DNA of 64,000 bases from Eledone cirrhosa (taxonomy: Eukaryota): positions 200,074,001 through 200,138,000 of the forward strand of contig OZ024742.1 in assembly GCA_964016885.1 (NCBI GenBank), in the 5' to 3' direction. A model generated the notes under the pieces. That model was given only the letters and a program-made list of their open reading frames with translations. It was not told the DNA's origin and did not search any database. The position numbers and the translations under genes are program-made. This document shows, one piece after another, positions 41,516 through 55,592 of the stretch. Position 1 is the stretch's first letter. Each line of letters begins with the position of its first letter.

Positions 41516-44500
41516 TTGAATTAGTATGGTATAGACAAGTACATATGTTGTTTAGGTGTATAATATTGTCAATACTCTGATATGCCCAGTTCCTTGTTGG
41601 GTTGTTAATTCACCGAGGAACTGGAGTCATATGAATTTAAACAAACGAATTTCAGTGTCAAAGGTCCTCTTCTCCTCTCATTGGTCAGTTATTAGAACAT
41701 TCCTCATTCTAAGTGTTGTTATTGTTGGAGTTAGCTTTAAAATTGATAAAATGGTAGAAGGGACAAAGTGTTAAAGGAACAAAATAATAAAAAAAGTGTC
41801 AAACTTCCCATTGGTCAGTTCTGAGAGCATCCTCAGTCAGAAGTCTATAGAATTCTTTCTGGGGTGAGGCTCCCTGTAGTGTTTTTGTTTGCTATTGTTA
41901 AGTAAATTTGACCTCTACCATTATTTTGGTAGTGTTGTTGGTGTTGTGGTCAGCTTATATCTTGCTGCTGCCAACAATTTAGAAGTATCCAGTTTGTGTT
42001 TTTTCTTCATCCCTCCTGCCACCATCGTAGTGGTGGTGGTGGGGGGGGGGGGTTCTTCCATGTATATGAAGAAATATAAGGCAATAAATGAAGAAAACAG
42101 AAAATAAATAAATAATATAATAAAACAATTAATATAATTTGTATAATTTGAAAATAAATAAATAAATAGAGAATAAAGAATAAAGAATAAATGAAAAATT
42201 GGTGAAAAAGTAATGAAAATGAATATGGAGAAGTGAGAAATAATGTAGGATAAAGTGTGTGTGTGTGCTATAACCAATCTCATGGTCAGAATATGTTGGA
42301 TAGATTGGTATGAGACAAGATGTTAAGATGAGATATTCAAACTAAATGTGTTTGTGTTATAATCAAACTCAACTTAAAAATAAATATAAGGTGATACAGT
42401 GAAGAGGGCAGAAAACAAATAACAAATTAATAAAGAGAAATCAAGATTTAAGATTGGAACTTGAAAATCAGAAATCTAGTAAATTAAAAGTGTTTGTGTT
42501 ATAGATGTTGGCCAAATTATTATGGCTGTGTCCGATTCTATCTCTAGGCTATCATGGTGTCTGCTCCGCCTGGGTTGTTCCCTATGGCTTGAGGGGAGTT
42601 CACAACCTAGGGTGTTGTTATTGCCCATATGGCTTGAGGGAGGTCTGGCCGAGAGGTGTTTTCATGTTCTGTAGAAGTCCCTATAGCTTGAGGGGAGTTC
42701 ACATCTTCTTGTGTTGCTACTGTCCATATATCTTGAGAAAGGTCCCGGCTCTAAGGTGTCTGCCTGTCCCGAAGAAGTCGGTTCTGAGGTTTATCAGGCC
42801 GCTTCCACCTCTTAGTATCTCGAGGGTCTCGTTCAGGCATAGTTTGCATATGCAAGATCCCCCTTTATCGGGTGGTACTTTCCTGATTATGTACCAGGCC
42901 AGAGAGTATGGGGTCCTGTCCAGCTTAAGCTTCCAGATCAGGTCGGAGAGAGCTGTGCTTTTCCTTTTGGCCTCCTTCTTGAATGAATGGCGATGGTTGT
43001 ACCAGCGGTCCTTAAAGCGCGTTGATGTGGCTCCTATGTAGAGGTGTTCGGAGTTGGGGGTTTTAACCCTACAGCCGTACACTAGGTTCTTCTTGAGGCA
43101 TTCATTACCAAGGGGGCATGATTCGGGGTTTCTGCAGTTGCAGAGGGTGGTCGGCCTCTGCGTGCCTAGATTAGGGTTCCCGTTATGTGTTACATGTTGG
43201 TCTTCCCCCAGGCTCGGTGGGGGGTCCTCGGGTCTGTTTGGGTTTCTTGGGTTGGCTCTGGGTCCCCCTTCCCTCCTTTCACATGGTTCTGCTGAGTGTT
43301 TGTATTGCCATCTTCTGGTTGTGTGTGGTTTTTAAGCCTACTTCTGTTGATGCTAGCTATGTGTTGGGCCAAATTTCTCGTGGTGGAATACGAAAGCTTC
43401 ACAGTGTGTCTGTTGAAGATCCTGTGGTATCTGTGGGCCCTCGGGAAGCATTTGTCAAGTGCTCCAAAGAATAATCGGGCCAAGCTTTTCTTTAGGGCCG
43501 CTGAGTAGGGTGGGTTGTACCACGTTATTTGTCGGTGTCTCCTCCTATATGTGTGGTCGGGGGCTTTGTGATTTGTTGGAGATTTGTTGGGTTGCTGGTG
43601 GTTTCCACCCTTTGGGCTCTATGCTTTTTGTTATCTTCGCGGCCCGAATTTGTGGGGTGGTCGTTGTCCGCCCCGGGAGATCCATCGTGGGGTGGTCGCC
43701 CGTTCCCTCCCCCCCCACGTGTCCTGCGGTTGGGGTCGTCCGTCCTGGGGTGGTTAGCGTCACGCCTGAGATTGCTACTCATAGTGTGCTCCATCTCGTG
43801 GTCAAGCGCACTAGTCCCCACCGCCCGTGTGGTGGTGTCGGGTACATGGTGCCTATTTGATTCTGCTCTGCCTGTATTGTTAGGGTTCGCCCTCCCCCCT
43901 CGGGCAACGCGGTTGTGGGTGTCTGTTGGGCTATCCACCCCCCGGCTTTTCGGACTATATGTTATATTTTGTCCATGTGCCGCCTTCTTTAGAGCTGCGT
44001 TGTAATATTCCGCGTGGTTATTGAATATTTCCTTACTTGCGGACAGGTTGGAGATCCTGTCCGAGACACTCTTCACCACTGCCTTGGTTATGGATCTAGG
44101 GTGGTTTGATTTGGCGTTAACATATACGAGTTTCTCGTTGGGCTTGTGGTAGGGGTAGTATTGCTCGGTGTTCAGGTTTAGGGTGGTGTCTAGGAAGTTA
44201 ACTTTTTTCCTATTTGGGTCTATTTCTATGCTGAGCCCCTGGTTCTTAAAGAAATGGCGAATACGCCTCCTCATACCCTCCAACATATTGGTGCTGTGGT
44301 CATATACTGTGAATAGAGCATCGTCACGATATAATCCGCCGCCCAGGCAGGGGATTTCATCTTTTATCTGCTTCAGCAGGTAGAGCCCAACCAGGTCCGT
44401 TACCTGCGCTGAGTCGCTGGAGCCCATCGTGATGTCAAAGTTATTTGGCCAATCACTCCTGGTCCAAAGGTCTCCATCGAAGCGGATTAAGGTCTTTCTT

Positions 44501-45784
44501 GCGGCGTGGATGATGCTCACCTCCACTCGGCTTAGGTCCGTATTGGACATCGCTAAAAATAGGGCCTTATTAAGTACTATGGGTGAGATTGATGAGTAGT
44601 AGCTTGCGATGTCCAGTTGTATAAAGCTGGTCCTACTTTTCTCATGCAGTATTTTGAACCATTCTATTACTTCTCTCGTGCATGACCATTGCTGTAATTT
44701 GGTTTTCTTCCGAAGCTTGGGCAAAATCCTATCCAGTATTCTTTTACTGACGCTCTGGAGGGGGCTATTAGTCTGACAGAGAGGTCGGACTCAAAGTTTG
44801 GCTTGTGGTCTTTAAGGGTAATCCGCGGCTCCCTTGGTTGGTATGGGGCCGTCCTGTCCTCTATGCCGATTCTGGATATAATCCTGTAAGCTGTGGCATT
44901 GATCTCATCCAGGGTAAATCCAGGTGTTTTTTTTGTCGCACTTCCTCAGTTCCCTGAGGATTAGCTTATTGTACAGTTCAGTGTTCATTTTGTAGAGGTT
45001 GTTTGTTTTGTCAGCATGGACAAGTATTCCAGTTGTCCCTTTAAGTACTGTAATCCGGTTTATCAGGTGTCTGAGGTACTCCTGACTTCTGGTTGGGTTT
45101 CCGGAGAATTTGAGGTTGGATATGGTGTTAATTATCTCGTTTTCAAACTCCTCCATTAGTCTGTTGTTGGGGGGATTACTCCTTGATGGAAAAAGGTACT
45201 CCATGTTTTGTGTGTTGGTAATTTTCTGCGTTCCTCTTTCGAAGTGGAACGCCTTCCATCTCATCCTACGGATGAGGGAATCCGTACTCTTGATGAGATC
45301 ACTGGTGTATTCTCGTTTATCAGGTAGGGGGATGTCCTTCAGTGACGCTAAGGTTGCCAGTTTATCCATAGTGACTTAGGTCCGCTACTGTTTGAAGCGC
45401 TCAACCCGTGTGGGAGCTAGATAGATTTTGAGTTTATGTTGGTTGTATACCAACACCTCAGTATGCAGGCTGGAGCACTCGACGAAGTGTGCAGGTTGGT
45501 TTGGTTACTCCGGAGTAGTGTTCCTTTAACACCTTGTCCCTTCTACCATTTTATCAATTTTTAAGCTAACTCCAACAATAACAACACTTAGAATGAGAAA
45601 TGTTCTAATAACTGACCAATGAGAGGAGAAGAGGACCTTTGACACTGAAATTCGTTTGTTTGAATTCATATGACTCCAGTTCCTCAGTGAATTAACAACC
45701 CAACAATGAACTGGGCATATCAGAGTATTGACAATATTATACACCTAAACAACATATGTACTTGTCTATACCATACTAATTCAA

Positions 45785-45839
45785 ACTGCCTGAAGAGGTC
45801 ACAGCCAAAGATGGCTGTCACTGAAATATATATAGCAGT
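45785..45839 (+). ncRNA. Hammerhead ribozyme in the inverted PLE pseudo-LTR
   Basis: ACTGC-CTGAAGA-(ACAGCCA/TGGCTGT stem II)-GAAA-TATATATA-GCAGT. Predicted AUA cleavage triplet. Confidence 0.82.
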
Positions 45840-45985
45840 AATAAACGAAGCTAAATTTTAATCATTTGACTTTTATTTAACTTTATTTTACACTACACCG
45901 GAGTAATCAAACCAACCTGCGCGCTTCGTCGAGTGCTCCAGCCTGCATACTGAGGTGTTGGTATACAACCAACATAAACTCAAAA

Positions 45986-46018
<33 letters not shown>

Positions 46019-46062
46019 TATATACTTAATATAAAATTTTGACGCTGTCCACTTTTTTCCGT

Positions 46063-46097
<35 letters not shown>

Positions 46098-46169
46098 TAT
46101 ATATGTATATATACATATATGTATATTAGTTTTGCGAGGTTTTTGATATGAAATCGTGTGTCGAAACAA

Positions 46170-46706
46170 ATATTGTTATACTTGGGGAGGGTCATATTTG
46201 TGTAATAATATTGCCAGAATTAATAACAGAACACACTCACTGTTTGGTTGGTTTTCGCTTCTGCGTCTTTTATATCGGTTAATTTTATTTATTCGGTCCT
46301 CAATGTTACCATTGACTGACCAACGGTCAAAAATACAGATACAATATAGACACAAACACATATATATATTCTAACAAAGTTGTTTCGTTGCACATCTGCA
46401 ACATCGTCAGTGGTGCTATTATGTTTTCTCCCGTTGCATTGTATGCCTACGTCATCTTTATTCAGTCTGTTTATTTATTGTTGTGCAACGAAAGAACTTT
46501 GTTAGACTATATATATGTGTTTGTGTCTATATTGTATCTGTATTTTTGACCGTTGGTCAGTCAATGGTAACATTGAAGACCGAATAAATTAAATTAACTG
46601 ATATAAAAGACACAGAAGCGAAAACCAACCAAACAGTGAGTGTGTTCTGTTATTAATTCTGGCAATATCATTACACAAATATGACCCTCCCCAAGTATAA
46701 CAATAT
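46170..46706. repeat. ~535 bp foldback element (~230 bp arms) with the same terminal motif as 16144-16649
   Basis: ATATTGTTATACTTGGGGAGGGTCAT...ATGACCCTCCCCAAGTATAACAATAT. Minus-strand CTGACGA-tGTTGCA..TGCAAC-GAAAC core at the inner end of the left arm (weak stem I). Confidence 0.85.
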
Positions 46707-46756
46707 ATGTATATTCATATATATATACATATGTGTATATATATATATATATATAA

Positions 46757-46897
<141 letters not shown>

Positions 46898-47592
46898 GTT
46901 CAAGAGTAAACCAATCTTAAATAGAGAGATAGAAGTAGGATAGGAGAGATTGGTGGCGGTGCTAGAAGCCAAAGCTCAAAAGCGGGTGCTCGATGTGCAA
47001 TATGCAGTGGAAAGCAGTTGGAAAACCGGGTACATGCTGAGGTTAGGTGTACAGAGCTGGAAATATTCAGTAGTTAAGCAAAACAAGACCACAAATTCAC
47101 ATAGAAGACATTAGTCACAGAGTATCAACATTAAGTGCAGTTTAATATAGAAAGCGGATAGTAATGTCAGTTAACAATTGTTTCACTACTCCATATAATG
47201 TTTCTGGATCAATCGATGGTATGAAAGTTATTGATTTGGTGCAGAGAAATATAAGTAACAGAAAAATATTATGGAGCAGATCTTCGGAACTTGGGGAAAA
47301 TTAATGAGGTTATTACTATATATAAAGTAGAAATAAAGATAAAAAGGAAATAAAAATAAAATGAGAGGGTTACGTGTCCGTAAAGAATCCTCAGATTAGC
47401 AACTCCCTAAATGGAACACCTTAGCACTGGAGAATTTCATGTGTATGGTATAAATAAACATTAGATGTCTGTCTAAAGGTAAACACTGCTGCCTATCACA
47501 TACCAATATATATATATCCGTTATTCCGGGTTGAATCGGAGGTAACCACAGTAAGTAAGGTACTCAATACACAGCAGAGTATAAAAGTTTTA

Positions 47593-47706
47593 ATATAGAT
47601 GAGATTCTACAGGAGTAGAACTGTTTCATTCTTTAGAAATGATCATAGATTCCTGATGATTTGTAAAGAATGAAACAGTTCTAGGCCTGTAGAATCTCAT
47701 CTATAT
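47593..47706 (+). ncRNA. Short foldback containing a hammerhead motif (47648-47696)
   Basis: GATTC-CTGATGA..GAAACAG..CTGTA-GAATC with weak stem II. Arms ATATAGATGAGATTCTACAGG/CCTGTAGAATCTCATCTATAT. Confidence 0.68.
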
Positions 47707-47709
47707 CTA

Positions 47710-47771
<62 letters not shown>

Positions 47772-47957
47772 AAGAGGGTGTGATGAAATACCAGGGGGGG
47801 GGGCATAACGCACCAAAGTACTCAATACTTAGGGTAGTAGAGTGGGTAATAGGAAAAGAGTCAGGATCCCCGACGGCTGAGCTTCGGCCGTTTTGACAGC
47901 TAAATACGGATCTAGCTGTCGAAAAGACAGGAGGTCAGCCGTCGGGGTCCTGACACT

Positions 47958-48080
<123 letters not shown>

Positions 48081-48081
48081 A

Positions 48082-48560
48082 TGGAAAATTTTGAACAGGA
48101 ACAAAACAGAGAGGCAGTACAACGAATGTTTATTAATTTCACGGTCTGGAGAGTGGGGTGGTGGTGGGGAACGACGTTTCGGGCATAAGCCCTTCCTCAG
48201 GTGAGAAGTGTGTGGGAAGAGAGTTCAAAGGTTGTGTAGGGGAGTGGTGGAGAATCATATAGCGAAAAGGTGTGGGAGGAAACGGTGCGAATGAAATTAA
48301 AAATAAAAATAAAAATAAAGCATGATCAAAATAAAATGAAATGAAATAAAAATAAATATAAAAGCATGATCAAAATAAACTGAAATTAAAAAGGGGTAAA
48401 ACAGGTGGTAGAAGGGTGTGGGGTGTGTAGGGGTGGTGGCGGGTGGAGTGGGGAGAGGGAGACGGGGTGTCCGAGCGGGGAGGGCTGAAGGTGGTGTGTG
48501 TGTGTAGGTGTACGTGTGTGTGTGTGTATGTGAAAGCAAGGGTTGGGGAAGAACGGTGGA
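48082..48560 (-). repeat. Interspersed repeat, related copy at ~57280-57720, with a hammerhead-like core (probable PLE 3' region)
   Basis: Shared AAAACAGAGAGGCAG, TTTCGGGCATAAGCCCTTC(C/T)TCAGG and GGCTGAAGGTGGTGT blocks. Minus strand reads CTGA(G/A)GA-aGGGC-TTAT-GCCC-GAAA. Stem III and the cleavage triplet are unclear. Confidence 0.6.
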
Positions 48561-48945
48561 CTTTCGAACTGAATCCCGTTGACAACGCGTACTCCCAGTT
48601 CAGTCATGATACCAGAAACCTAACATCCTTTATGTAAGTGGACAGTAAATGACTTATGGAGCCGCAGAAACCCAAATACTGGACTTTACCATCTTTCCAG
48701 GGGTCCGGGTAAGCTTTCAACCATTTATATTTTTATATATTTTTATATCTGTATATCTGTTTGACCCGAAATAGGCGATCGAATTTTCGCTGTGTGGATG
48801 ATTAGTTTAACCACCATCTCAGTGTGTTTGGCCTTTAACGTATGTTGTAAGCTCTAATTCATATGAATTATCGAGCGCTTGCCACACAACTCGGAAGTGA
48901 TTCTCGTTAATTCCTGAGCTGAAATTCGATTCTCGGTAATTTTTA

Positions 48946-48994
<49 letters not shown>

Positions 48995-50819
48995 CAAAAG
49001 AGACAAAATAAAAAATTAAGCGATTTTATTTTTCTAACATATGTTTTTCCAACGACAAACAAAATAATATATAAAAAAACATGAAAAGGGAATAAATCTT
49101 GGCCAAGGTCCATTATTGATGAATATAATAGACGCATCTATGTATAAAACGTTCTATCGTAAACCTTTTGGTAAAACCATATCTAGTATTTTGAAAGTAT
49201 AATTTAATAGTGTTTATAAAAATATAGGCAAAAATTTACAGGAATATCAGAGTAAATAATGAGACAATTCATAGATAACATCATTACTATTCTGTATTAC
49301 CTTTACTAATTAACAAACTTTAGTTATGTTAATCTGAAATATAATTCAAAATTAAAGAAATAACATTCATTTAAATTATTACTACGCGAGAATATATATT
49401 TACTTAAGTATTTTTATTAAAACATTAAAATTAACTCAAAACTAAATTTCTTTATCTTTAAATTAAATTTCATAATTGGATCTTGTTTTTATTCAACTTT
49501 AATTTGAAAGAAAAAAATATATAATTTTAATAATAAAAAGTTATGAATTTTTAAAAAATAGGAAGTGACTTTGGGCCTACCCTGTATGTATAGAGAATTA
49601 ATTGTACAGGATATTTAAATAATTATATCTTCTTATATATCACCAGCAAATAATTATATCTTCTTATATATCACCAGCATGAAAAAATATTTCTACATAA
49701 GAAGTTTTTCATGTAACTATATGTAACTATAACAAACATTAATAACAATTAAAACATCAACATTGTTTTACAATTATTCCTCATGTATAAGCAAGTATAT
49801 ACTTACAAAGTAAAATTTACTATCCAATATTACCTTATTAACGTTAAAGAAAGGTTTGAAAAGTGTTTAAAAAATAGGGAATATAATTACAAAAACAGGG
49901 AATATAATTACAAATTATAGTGACAATTCCCTAATTGAGTTAAATTAGGATAATTCTTTAAATGTGTAAAATTAGGATCATAAACCATTCTAGAAAAAGA
50001 AAGAAGGAACTGGGTGGGCAGCAAATAATAATTTCTTGTCGACGATTCAAATTAGGTTTATCAGATTTTATTCTTTCCAAAACTTAAATCGAACAAAGAT
50101 TACAAGCAGAACCACCCTCATTGTAAGTATTGCCAGTATTTGTTATATATTCGTCATAATAGAATTACGTAAATCCCATAATGGAATTACGTAAATTGCG
50201 CAAGTGAAGTAGAGTTTTTCATATTTTCACTTCTAAAACCATGTACGTGAAAACATACCGTTTCTTAAAAGCATTTGATGTAGCTACTATATAAAAATTT
50301 CGGCTAGTAGTACATTTATATACTACATTCTTCCTAAGAGGGAAATTCTTAAAGATTCTACATTTACACTCAATATTCTCACAATTTGCAGATCAGTTAT
50401 TTGTAGATATCGTACTTACCATGTTATTATGCTGGGTAGATATGTTAGGGGTAGTGATATTTTCAATATTTACATCATTGGAATTCACATGTAGTACTTT
50501 AGTTGGTTCATTCCACTTAGTAAATGGATTTTCTAATATAACCTTGCCAACGTATTTATTAGAATTTTAAATAAACATTGCCATTTTATTACGGTTACTA
50601 AAAGATATATTATCAGTTACGTTAGACGCTGTGAAGTATGAAATATTAACTGTATTTTTATTAATAGCCTTATGATAACTCTATTCAGAAGAGACGTGTT
50701 TTGGATAATATAAACAAATTATTTCTTTTCTTTTGCTTTTTTGTTTACTTTTTTTGTTTTTTATTTTAATTTGTTTGTCTTCCTAGAAACGTATTAAAAG
50801 AATCAAAGAACTTAATATT

Positions 50820-50977
50820 TCTTCTTCTTCTTCTTCTTCTTCTTCTTCTTCTTCTTCTTCTTCTTCTTCTTCTTCTTCTTCTTCTTCTTCTTCTTCTTCT
50901 TCTTCTTCTTCTTCTTCTTCTTCATTCTTCTTCTTCTTCTTCTTCTTCTTCTTCTTCTTCTTCTTCTTCTTCTTCTT
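50820..50977. repeat. (TTC)n microsatellite
   Basis: Direct reading. Confidence 0.95.
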
Positions 50978-51123
50978 GAGAGGGTTATGGGGGCAGAGTC
51001 CTCAAACACTCCTTCTAGCGGGTCCTGTCAGAATACACTTCATGCTTTTGCATAATCTTGTTTGTTTATGTTTCCTTGATTTATAAACACTAATATATAT
51101 ATATATATATTTATATATATATG

Positions 51124-51990
51124 CTAGCAGTGGTACCCGGCGTTGCACGGAATAAGGTATTTTGAAACGCGGGCCGCCAACAGACCTAATCGCGGAAAAA
51201 CTGCATGCCTGGACAATATGTAAAGAAAATAAACCGAATACTCTGATGGTTGGATAATCTTTAAGATTTTCCTCGATGAAGCAGGAAAAATGCAGGTTTT
51301 CACCTAATGCGGGCCCTAGGGGATCAAGAAAATGAAATATTTTTTTATGTGCATAATATGCCTTGAAATTTAGGGAAAATCGGCTAGACATAACGCCTCA
51401 AAAAAGCCCTAAAAAGATGAAAAAATGAAATATTTCACCTAATGCGGGCCCTAGGGCATAAAAAAGTTGGATTTTCTTTGCTCATGGTATGAAGAAGAGA
51501 CTGACTAATACATAATTACAATTTCAAGGAAAATCGCCTAATGCGGTCACTAGGGCATTGAAAATTTGAATTTTGTTTTTACTCAGTACACTCCCTGAAA
51601 CATAAGTATTACATGTGTAAAGTTTGAAAACAGTCGGTTGGGTACTTCACGAGTTTTAGGGATTCAAACTCACAGACACACACACACACTCACAGAGGCA
51701 TCCTCAGGGAAGTGACGTAATGCAGACAGCAGACATACAGACAGATATTATAAGGGCGCGACGTTATATGTATGTATCTATCTAAAAAGAGAAAGACTAA
51801 GAATTATAGAGAGAGATCGCTAAATCGCCTAATGCGGTCCCTAGGGCATTGAAAATTTGAATTTTGTTTTTGCTCAGAACACTCCCTGAAACATGAGTAT
51901 TACATGTGTAAAGTTTGAAAACAGTCGGTTGGGTGCTTCTCGTCGAGTTTTAGGGAATGAAAGACACACACAAACAGACATCCTTAGTTT

Positions 51991-52000
<10 letters not shown>
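51124..52000 (-). mobile_element. Non-autonomous Helitron-type element with internal duplication
   Basis: Minus-strand 3' end CCGTGCAACGCCGG..CTGCTAG resembles the 34428 terminus. 5' region TATATAAAACTAAGGATGTCTGT resembles 28357 onward. ~51532-51690 repeats at ~51823-51990. Confidence 0.7.
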
Positions 52001-52034
<34 letters not shown>

Positions 52035-52189
52035 CATGTATATATATATATATAAATATGTGTGTGTGTGTGTATATAATATATATATATGTGTGTGTGT
52101 TTATAAAAGGAAAAAAAATATTTTTCTTCCTAATAATCGTCTTTTTCACCCTATTTACACATATACATATATATAATATACATGTTTAT

Positions 52190-52368
<179 letters not shown>

Positions 52369-52419
52369 CACACACATATATATATATATATACATATACA
52401 CACATATATATATATATTA

Positions 52420-52456
<37 letters not shown>

Positions 52457-52468
52457 TAAAGAGAGAGA

Positions 52469-52514
<46 letters not shown>

Positions 52515-52954
52515 AAGAGGGAGAGAGAGAGAGAGAGACAGAGACAGAGAGAGAAGCAGAGGGGGGGGGGACAGAGATAGAGGGATAAGGAAACGATTTG
52601 TCCGTTCAACAAAAGGAGTGAAGGAGTTATTCATATGAATTTCGAAAAGATTTTGGAGAAAAAATTGTATTCCAATATACACAATATATGAAAGACAAGA
52701 AAAAAACAACAACAAAAACACTGGTAGGGTTTTGTCAATCTGGTAAACAACAATAATAACAATAATATTGACAACATGTTTTGATTTAATGAGAGTTCAT
52801 ATGTTTCTTTGAGCGTGGATTTATTTTATAGAATATTGATTCTTTCAGGATTAGCTGTTCGGATATCGGAATCTATGAGGTGTTTTTCAGTTAAAATATA
52901 TGATGATATATATAAAGATAAATGTTAATTTTGTTTTCAAGGCTATGCATATAG

Positions 52955-52987
<33 letters not shown>

Positions 52988-53053
52988 TGTATGTATGTAT
53001 GTATGTATGTATGTATGTATGTATGTATGTATGTATGTATGTATGTATGTATG

Positions 53054-54135
53054 TTCTTCTGGTTTTATAATTTCACAAAGTTTTCCCAATAGAGAGAGAG
53101 ATAGAGAGAGAGTCGGTTTCTAACATAGACACAAGACTCTCTCATTGGAATTTACACAACATCAACTAGGTAGATATGTATATATGCATGCATGTGTAGA
53201 TATGGATGTTATTGTATGTGTGGATGTGTATGTTTTGAGTTGTATGTGTGCATGTGTATATACTTTGTATCTGTACATGTGTATATGCAGTTATTAGATG
53301 CAAAATTTTTGGAATGTTTTATATATTTTTACTGTTCCATTAATGGATTGTACTTGTAATTTCCTAACTAGTTGTGTTCTTTCTGTTCCTGTGAAGCCTA
53401 GCTTCTCAAGATTTGTATTGAGGCAGTTACTAACATATCCCAGTGCCCCAATAATCACAGGCATAAATCTGAAGGTATAATCAGGGTGGAGTATCTGCAG
53501 ATCTCTCATCAATTCTGCATAAATATTCTCCTTTTCACTAATCTTTGATATTATATTGGCATCTGCTGGGCAGCTAATTTCCACTACTGTGCATGTTTTC
53601 TTCTCCCTGTCCCATATCATAATATCTGGTCTGTTATGCCTGCATTTTATTGGGGTTTTTACTGGAACATTCCACCAGTACTCTTTCATATTATGTACAT
53701 GGATGTCTTTCACATTGTTGTAGCTTTTAATGTGTTTATTATCGGGGCTATCTTTTTTACGAACTGCATTGTACAGTGTTTTGGCCACTACACCATGCCT
53801 CATAGGTAGATAGTACCGCGATGACATCTTTGGGCAGCTGCTGATGACATGGGTCATATCCTCGATGTTAGTTCTGCAGAGTCTGCACTTGTTATCACAT
53901 CTAGGTGTTTTGCCTGCATCCCTATCTCTTTTGTGAATCAGGTATTTCGTGCTAATCTCCTGTTCTTGGATTGCAAAAGCGTATCCTTCAAAGTGGGAGC
54001 CAATATAGCGGTTGTTGGTCCAAGATAGACTACTTTCCTTATCTATATTACTCTCACTCTGGAGCTTCCTGGCAACACATCCATGCATGATTTTTCGCTG
54101 ATAGGCATGCAATTTTTCACCCATGGATTCACTGT
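53054..54135 (-). mobile_element. 5'-truncated RLE-type non-LTR retrotransposon (R4/Dong-like) between (TATG)n tracts
   Basis: EGYAFAIQEQEI, CCHC finger CRLC..EDMTHVISSC, RH motif, NRPDI..VVEISCP, KENIY, PVIIGALG. Stop at 53294. Confidence 0.85.
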
Positions 54136-54163
54136 GATGTATGTGTGTATGTATGTATGTATG

Positions 54164-54194
<31 letters not shown>

Positions 54195-54732
54195 GTATTT
54201 TGATAAATATCATCTTGGTTAAGAGAGTGGGACTGGCTTTGTGCAGTGCCTTTGCTCACTATAAAAGCTTCACGACACAGGCATTGCTTTATATCTGGAG
54301 ATCTCTCTGCACTTGTCGTCACATGGTACCATGGGCCCAGCACTATGTGTCAATAATTGTCGCAAGTGTAGTGTTTGTACCAGAGTTTTCAAGTCGCTGG
54401 CTGGACTAAAAAGTCACACTCGTTCAGCGCATCGGTAGGGGTTCTCCTACATGGATATAAAGTAGTGGCCGTACTCGAAAACGAGTTGGTAGCCACCATG
54501 TATGTAAGTATGTATGTAAGTATGTAAGTATATACGCATGTATGTATGCATGCATGAATGAATGTATTTATGCACATATATATGTATGTGTATATGTATG
54601 TATGTATGTATGTAGGTAGGTATGTATCTATGTATGTATCTAAGTATATGTATAAGTATGTATGAACATATGTAAGTGTGTATGTATTTATGTAAGTATA
54701 TATGTATAATATATATATGTATATATATATCA

Positions 54733-55536
54733 TTTGTGTGACCCGAATTTTCCTGGTCGTTTTTTCGGCTGTGCGAATGATTTTAAGCATTGTCTCTATG
54801 TGTTGGTATTTAAACGATAGTTATAGCTCTGGTTTATCCAAACTATTGAGCCCTTTGCCATGCATTTCGAAGATTGTGTTTCGTTATTTCGTGGGCCGAG
54901 ATTCCGATTCTCGATTATTTATTTGTATTTATCTCCAGTCTTTAACTATTGACCAGTTAATTTTATTGATTTTTTAGTTGATCTTATTGACTGATGAATA
55001 GCTCTTGTTAATTTTAACACGTCTGTTGAGAACTCTAATTCGATATGTGATATTTTGTATTTTTACAAAAATATACACATTACTGAATTCATTCGCCTAA
55101 TATAGGGGTTCCCTCCCTTGCTGGACTCCACGTGCGTTTAGTAACGGGTGCCTCTGTATTTTTGAACGAAATGCCTGCTGAGAAAGCAGTTTCCTCGTTC
55201 GTCTCTTTACCAGAAGTCAGATATATTTTTTATGTGGGCTGACGGTAATTGATTAAGGAACTGCAGAAACCCAAAAAGCTAGAATTTAACATCCTTCTAG
55301 CGGGTCCGGGTAAGATTTTACATTCATTTAATTTATTAATTTATTAATTTATTATTTGTGTGACCCGAATTTTCCTGGTCGTTTTTTCGGCTGTGCGAAT
55401 GATTTTAAGCATTGTCTCTATGTGTTGGTATTTAAACGATAGTTATAGCTCTGGTTTATCCAAACTATTGAGCCCTTTGCCATGCATTTCGAAGATCGTG
55501 TTTCGTTATTTCGTGGGCCGAGATTCCGATTCTCAA

Positions 55537-55546
<10 letters not shown>
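54733..55546. repeat. ~190 bp direct repeats, ~620 bp apart
   Basis: ATTTGTGTGACCCGAATTTTCCTGG...GATTCCGATTCTC occurs at ~54733 and ~55354. The end of the spacer resembles 48660-48720. Confidence 0.8.

Positions 55547-55591
<45 letters not shown>

Positions 55592-55592
<1 letters not shown>

Larger units (their letters stand above)
41411..45990 (-). mobile_element. Near-complete Penelope-like element with downstream pseudo-LTR and upstream inverted pseudo-LTR
   Basis: ORF pieces 45369-42717: RRMRWKA, FIQLDIASYYSSI, FDITMGSSDSAQ, GLYRDD, CNCRNPESCPL, LVY..YIGAT..FKDR..NH, CKLCLNE. 41411-41781 is an inverted repeat of 45519-45890. Confidence 0.93.

Noticed and set aside
49561-49586. Tc1/mariner-like terminal inverted repeat (TACAGGGTAGGCCC on the minus strand)
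   Set aside because: No partner TIR or transposase found in the window.
49000-50800. Possible host exons in the unique AT-rich stretch
   Set aside because: No convincing ORF or splice-bounded coding pattern visible by eye; small exons cannot be excluded without transcript data.
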